Shown here piece after piece: positions 17,129 to 20,000 of a stretch of DNA of 20,000 nt. The notes below the pieces were generated by a model. It did no database searches, was not told the DNA's origin, and was given only the letters and a program-made list of their open reading frames with translations. The stretch's first letter is position 1, and the number at the start of each line of letters is the position of its first letter. Location of the stretch: the IMG/VR virus record IMGVR_UViG_2061766007_004329; one strand, 5' to 3'. The position numbers and the translations under genes are program-made. This DNA is from an uncultured virus (IMG/VR IMGVR_UViG_2061766007_004329) (Duplodnaviria; Heunggongvirae; Uroviricota; Caudoviricetes).

Positions 17129-17692
17129 ATGAAGAGCAACAGCATTTTCAAAACCGTCGCCTTCACAGGGCACAGACCGGAAAAACTGCCCTGGAAAAAC
17201 AATGAAGAGTCGTACACCGCTCTTTCGTTTAAACGCCATCTGAAATCCACGCTGGAAGAACTGATCGTTACCGGTTGTATCAACTTCCTGTCAGGTGCTG
17301 CGCGGGGCTTTGACACCATCGCCGCGGAGACCGTTCTGGAATTGCGGGAAAAGTATCCCTGGATCAGCCTCACTGTGGTTCTGCCCTGTGAAAATCAGGC
17401 AGAGAAGTGGAGCCATGAAGATAAGGCCCGGTGGGAAAATCTGATCGAGAAGGCGGGTCATGTGCTGCACCTGGGCGGCGCATATGATAAAGGTTGCATG
17501 TTCCGTAGGAACCGGTATCTGGTAGACAACGCATCGCTTCTGATCGCCGCCTATGATGACAGCGACACAGGTGGAACGGCCATGACATTGGCCTATGCCG
17601 CTGAAAAAGGCCGGACTGTCGTCAGAATTCCCCTGCCCGACAATGCGGTAAAAAACAGTACCTGCTACGAACGCATAAGAGAAATAGCGTAA
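17129..17692 (+). CDS. SLOG-superfamily protein (YspA/DUF1273-like)
   Basis: VAFTGHRPEKL, FLSGAARGFDTIAAE, VLPCENQAEKW, MFRRNRYLVDNAS, GGTAMTLAYA; GGGAGG RBS. Confidence 0.85.
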   Translation: MKSNSIFKTVAFTGHRPEKLPWKNNEESYTALSFKRHLKSTLEELIVTGCINFLSGAARGFDTIAAETVLELREKYPWISLTVVLPCENQAEKWSHEDKARWENLIEKAGHVLHLGGAYDKGCMFRRNRYLVDNASLLIAAYDDSDTGGTAMTLAYAAEKGRTVVRIPLPDNAVKNSTCYERIREIA

Positions 17693-17797
17693 ATCTTGCA
17701 GGAAGACAGGTGTTGGCTGTCGCATATCACGCACCAAAACCAACAGTTATTGGGACTATTTTACTAGTTATATTGCAAGGAGAGAGAGGGTGAGCCA

Positions 17798-18364
17798 GTG
17801 GATTCGTTTGTTCAACCGCGTGTCCTTTCATGGGACGGGATGGAGATTCCCGCTGATTTTCCCTATATCACTGCGATTGTTGAAGGGCCGCCAATCCATG
17901 ATCATGATGCGTTTTCCCTCAAGCATCCCCGGATGGATCTCGGAAAGCGGGCTAAGGTTTTTGCGCCGTTCGACGCTCTGGACGGCTACAGCGATGCCGT
18001 GAAGAGCAAAAATGTGGTGTATGTGGACAAAATCGACCTGAATGAGGACGGTTTGGCTGAAGAGAAGCGGGCAGAGCTTGCCCGACGGTTGGAGATTCTG
18101 CATTCGTTGACGCGCACTGGCCGCCTGGCACGGCACAACAGGATTGTGGTGACCGTGACCTGGTTCATTCCCTGTATGGACGAAAACAGCTTCTCATACG
18201 GTATTCGGGGACAGTACAAAACGACAACCGGCGTCTGTTGGAAAGTGGATTGCGAGGAGGCGCAAACGATCACCGTTGATGCGATCACAATTCCACTGAG
18301 CGACATCATAAGCATAGAGGCAGATGGCGTGTTTGAAGACGAATGGGAGCTTTACGCACCGTAA
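17798..18364 (+). CDS. YolD-like protein
   Basis: KHPRMDLGKRAKVFAPFDALDGY signature; C-terminal VTVTWF...GQYKTTTGVCWKVD...IPLSDIISIE beta-rich region. Confidence 0.8.
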   Translation: MDSFVQPRVLSWDGMEIPADFPYITAIVEGPPIHDHDAFSLKHPRMDLGKRAKVFAPFDALDGYSDAVKSKNVVYVDKIDLNEDGLAEEKRAELARRLEILHSLTRTGRLARHNRIVVTVTWFIPCMDENSFSYGIRGQYKTTTGVCWKVDCEEAQTITVDAITIPLSDIISIEADGVFEDEWELYAP

Positions 18365-18560
18365 TTGGACGGTGACAGCAACAGGCCGGTGATGGGACAA
18401 TGATGGGGCGGCGATGTAGCAGTGATAGCATAGTGATATTACGTTAATTCCGTCACACATCGGTAACAAAATGTTCTAGGAATTGTCTCTGCCATTTTGG
18501 CTGAAAGACTGCCCGGGCCTGTGGTATAATGGGTTCGGTTCTGTTGGCAAGGAGGGGTTT

Positions 18561-18737
18561 ATGTTGAATGAAGAATCGACGCTGGAAAATGAGCTGAAGT
18601 CAACAGCGCCTTCAACGCAGCATATCTTAGGCAAGGATTCAGAAGCGGGAACCGTCAAAAAACAGATCGCCAGACAAATCGCCAACATGGATTACTCCGA
18701 TTTCATGTCTCTCCTCCGGGAAAGTCGAATCATATAG
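18561..18737 (+). CDS. Small hypothetical protein, 58 aa
   Basis: TGTGGTATAAT extended -10 upstream, AAGGAGG RBS, ATG at 18561. Confidence 0.55.
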   Translation: MLNEESTLENELKSTAPSTQHILGKDSEAGTVKKQIARQIANMDYSDFMSLLRESRII

Positions 18738-18769
18738 ACTGACATAATGCGAATGGACGGTGTTGGCGT

Positions 18770-19030
18770 TTGGTTATTTCTTATCACAAGCTCTGGCAGA
18801 TACTGGACCGGCGCGGGATGACCAAGCGTGAACTGATCCGCCTCGCCGGGATCAGCTTTACCACCGTCCGCAACATGGAAAAGGGCAATAATGTCAATCT
18901 GGATGTACTCAGGAAAATATGTGAAGCGCTCCATGTAAACCTGGGAGACGTGGCGGAGTTTGTAGAAAGCGAATTCACTCGGGCAGACGATTACCGTTGG
19001 AGAAACCGCCGTCCTGCTGAACAGCGTTGA
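18770..19030 (+). CDS. Cro/C1-type HTH protein (HTH_26-like)
   Basis: ISYHKLWQILDRRGMTKRELIRLAGISFTTVRNMEKGNNVNLDVLRKICEALHVNLGDVAEFV. Confidence 0.85.
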   Translation: MVISYHKLWQILDRRGMTKRELIRLAGISFTTVRNMEKGNNVNLDVLRKICEALHVNLGDVAEFVESEFTRADDYRWRNRRPAEQR

Positions 19031-19127
19031 AGGCATGGTTAAGGCACTCGAGGTTCATCAGGGGCCGCCCATTGTAGACGGCTTTCATCAAGGGAGTAAT
19101 GATCGGTTCTCTGAAAGGGTGATAGAC

Positions 19128-20000
19128 ATGCTTTCAAATCCCGTCCTGATCCGGGGCGATGCCGTCAGCGCATACCGTGATCCGGCAGCAGTGATTGAAG
19201 GAGGCATCTGCCACCTGTTCTTTACCTACGTGGACAACCGGCCGGGAGGGCCATGGCTTTATCTCGCAGAGAAGAAGAGCAGAGATCTTGAAAACTGGTC
19301 CGATATCCGAATCCTTACACCCAGAGACAAAAGCCTGAATTACTCAAGCCCGGGAAACATCGTTCGCGACGGCAACGACTGGGTCATATGCTTTCAGACA
19401 TATTGCCGCGAAAACGGCGAAAAATACGGAAACAGCCGCTGCCGACTGTACACGATGCGTTCGCTCGACTTGAATACCTGGTCGGAGCCTGAGCTGCTAC
19501 GCGTCAAAGGAAATGACGTCAAACCGCAGGATATGGGCCGCATGATCGATCCGTACCTGTTGCGCGCAGGAAACGAATGGTGGTGCTTCTATAAACAGAA
19601 CGGAGTCAGCTTTTCAAGATCGCCTGATCTGGCCACATGGACATATATGGGCCACGCGCAGGCGGGCGAGAACGCTTGCGTCATTGCGTATAACGGCGGT
19701 TACCGTATGTTTTCAAGTCCTGAAAACGGTATCCGGGTGATGGATTCCCGCGACCTCGTGAACTGGCGTCAATCCATGGATGATCTGACTTTGGGACAGG
19801 CGGAATGGGACTGGGCCAAAGGACGCCTGACGGCCGGGTTCGTCATGGAAAACGAAAAAGGATTTGGAAACCTGCCCCACTGGATCATGTTCTTTCACGC
19901 GTCCCGCTATCCGGAAACGATTGAATTTGACTCGTATGCTTCCATCGCTATAGCATACAGCGACGACCTGATGACCTGGCGCTGGCCGGGAAAAGCATAA
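19128..20000 (+). CDS. Five-bladed beta-propeller glycoside hydrolase (GH32/43-like)
   Basis: NPVL, YRDP, MIDPY, ENACV and repeated SxDLxxW blades (SRDLENW, SLDLNTW, SPDLATW, SRDLVNW, SDDLMTW); likely ATG at 19128. Confidence 0.7.
   Translation: MLSNPVLIRGDAVSAYRDPAAVIEGGICHLFFTYVDNRPGGPWLYLAEKKSRDLENWSDIRILTPRDKSLNYSSPGNIVRDGNDWVICFQTYCRENGEKYGNSRCRLYTMRSLDLNTWSEPELLRVKGNDVKPQDMGRMIDPYLLRAGNEWWCFYKQNGVSFSRSPDLATWTYMGHAQAGENACVIAYNGGYRMFSSPENGIRVMDSRDLVNWRQSMDDLTLGQAEWDWAKGRLTAGFVMENEKGFGNLPHWIMFFHASRYPETIEFDSYASIAIAYSDDLMTWRWPGKA

Larger units (their letters stand above)
1..19030. mobile_element. Prophage / phage-like integrated element (replication and control modules; boundaries not determined)
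   Basis: DUF2800-DUF2815-PolA-VirE synteny plus a CI-like repressor and several HTH genes; no att site or integrase in the window. Confidence 0.75.

Noticed and set aside
18464..18478. Possible LexA box TAACAAAATGTTCTA
   Set aside because: Half-site spacing is 5 rather than 4 and the left half-site is poor.

Overview
Most of the window (1 to about 19.0 kb) looks like a Firmicutes (Clostridia-like) prophage or phage-like integrated element. The left part is one minus-strand replication operon. In transcription order it runs: XRE regulator, tandem operators and a structured leader, hypothetical gene, S-adenosylmethionine synthetase (MetK), small phage protein, DUF2800 Cas4-like nuclease, DUF2815 SSB, family A DNA polymerase, two accessory genes, and a VirE/VapE primase-helicase that runs off the window and is missing from the ORF track. 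The block 5214-7527, bounded by N-gaps, is a diverged second copy of part of this operon and is most likely a mis-scaffolded homologous element. The right part is a regulatory/SOS-type cluster: an XRE-S24 repressor divergent from a large ImmA/IrrE-like HTH protein that appears to have lost its HExxH motif, several LexA-type boxes, and genes for a Zn-ribbon protein, a SLOG (YspA/DUF1273) protein, a YolD-like protein and a Cro/C1 HTH. The window ends in a beta-propeller glycoside hydrolase, probably a host gene. No virion, integrase or CRISPR genes are visible. All family calls come from motif recognition by eye, not database searches.
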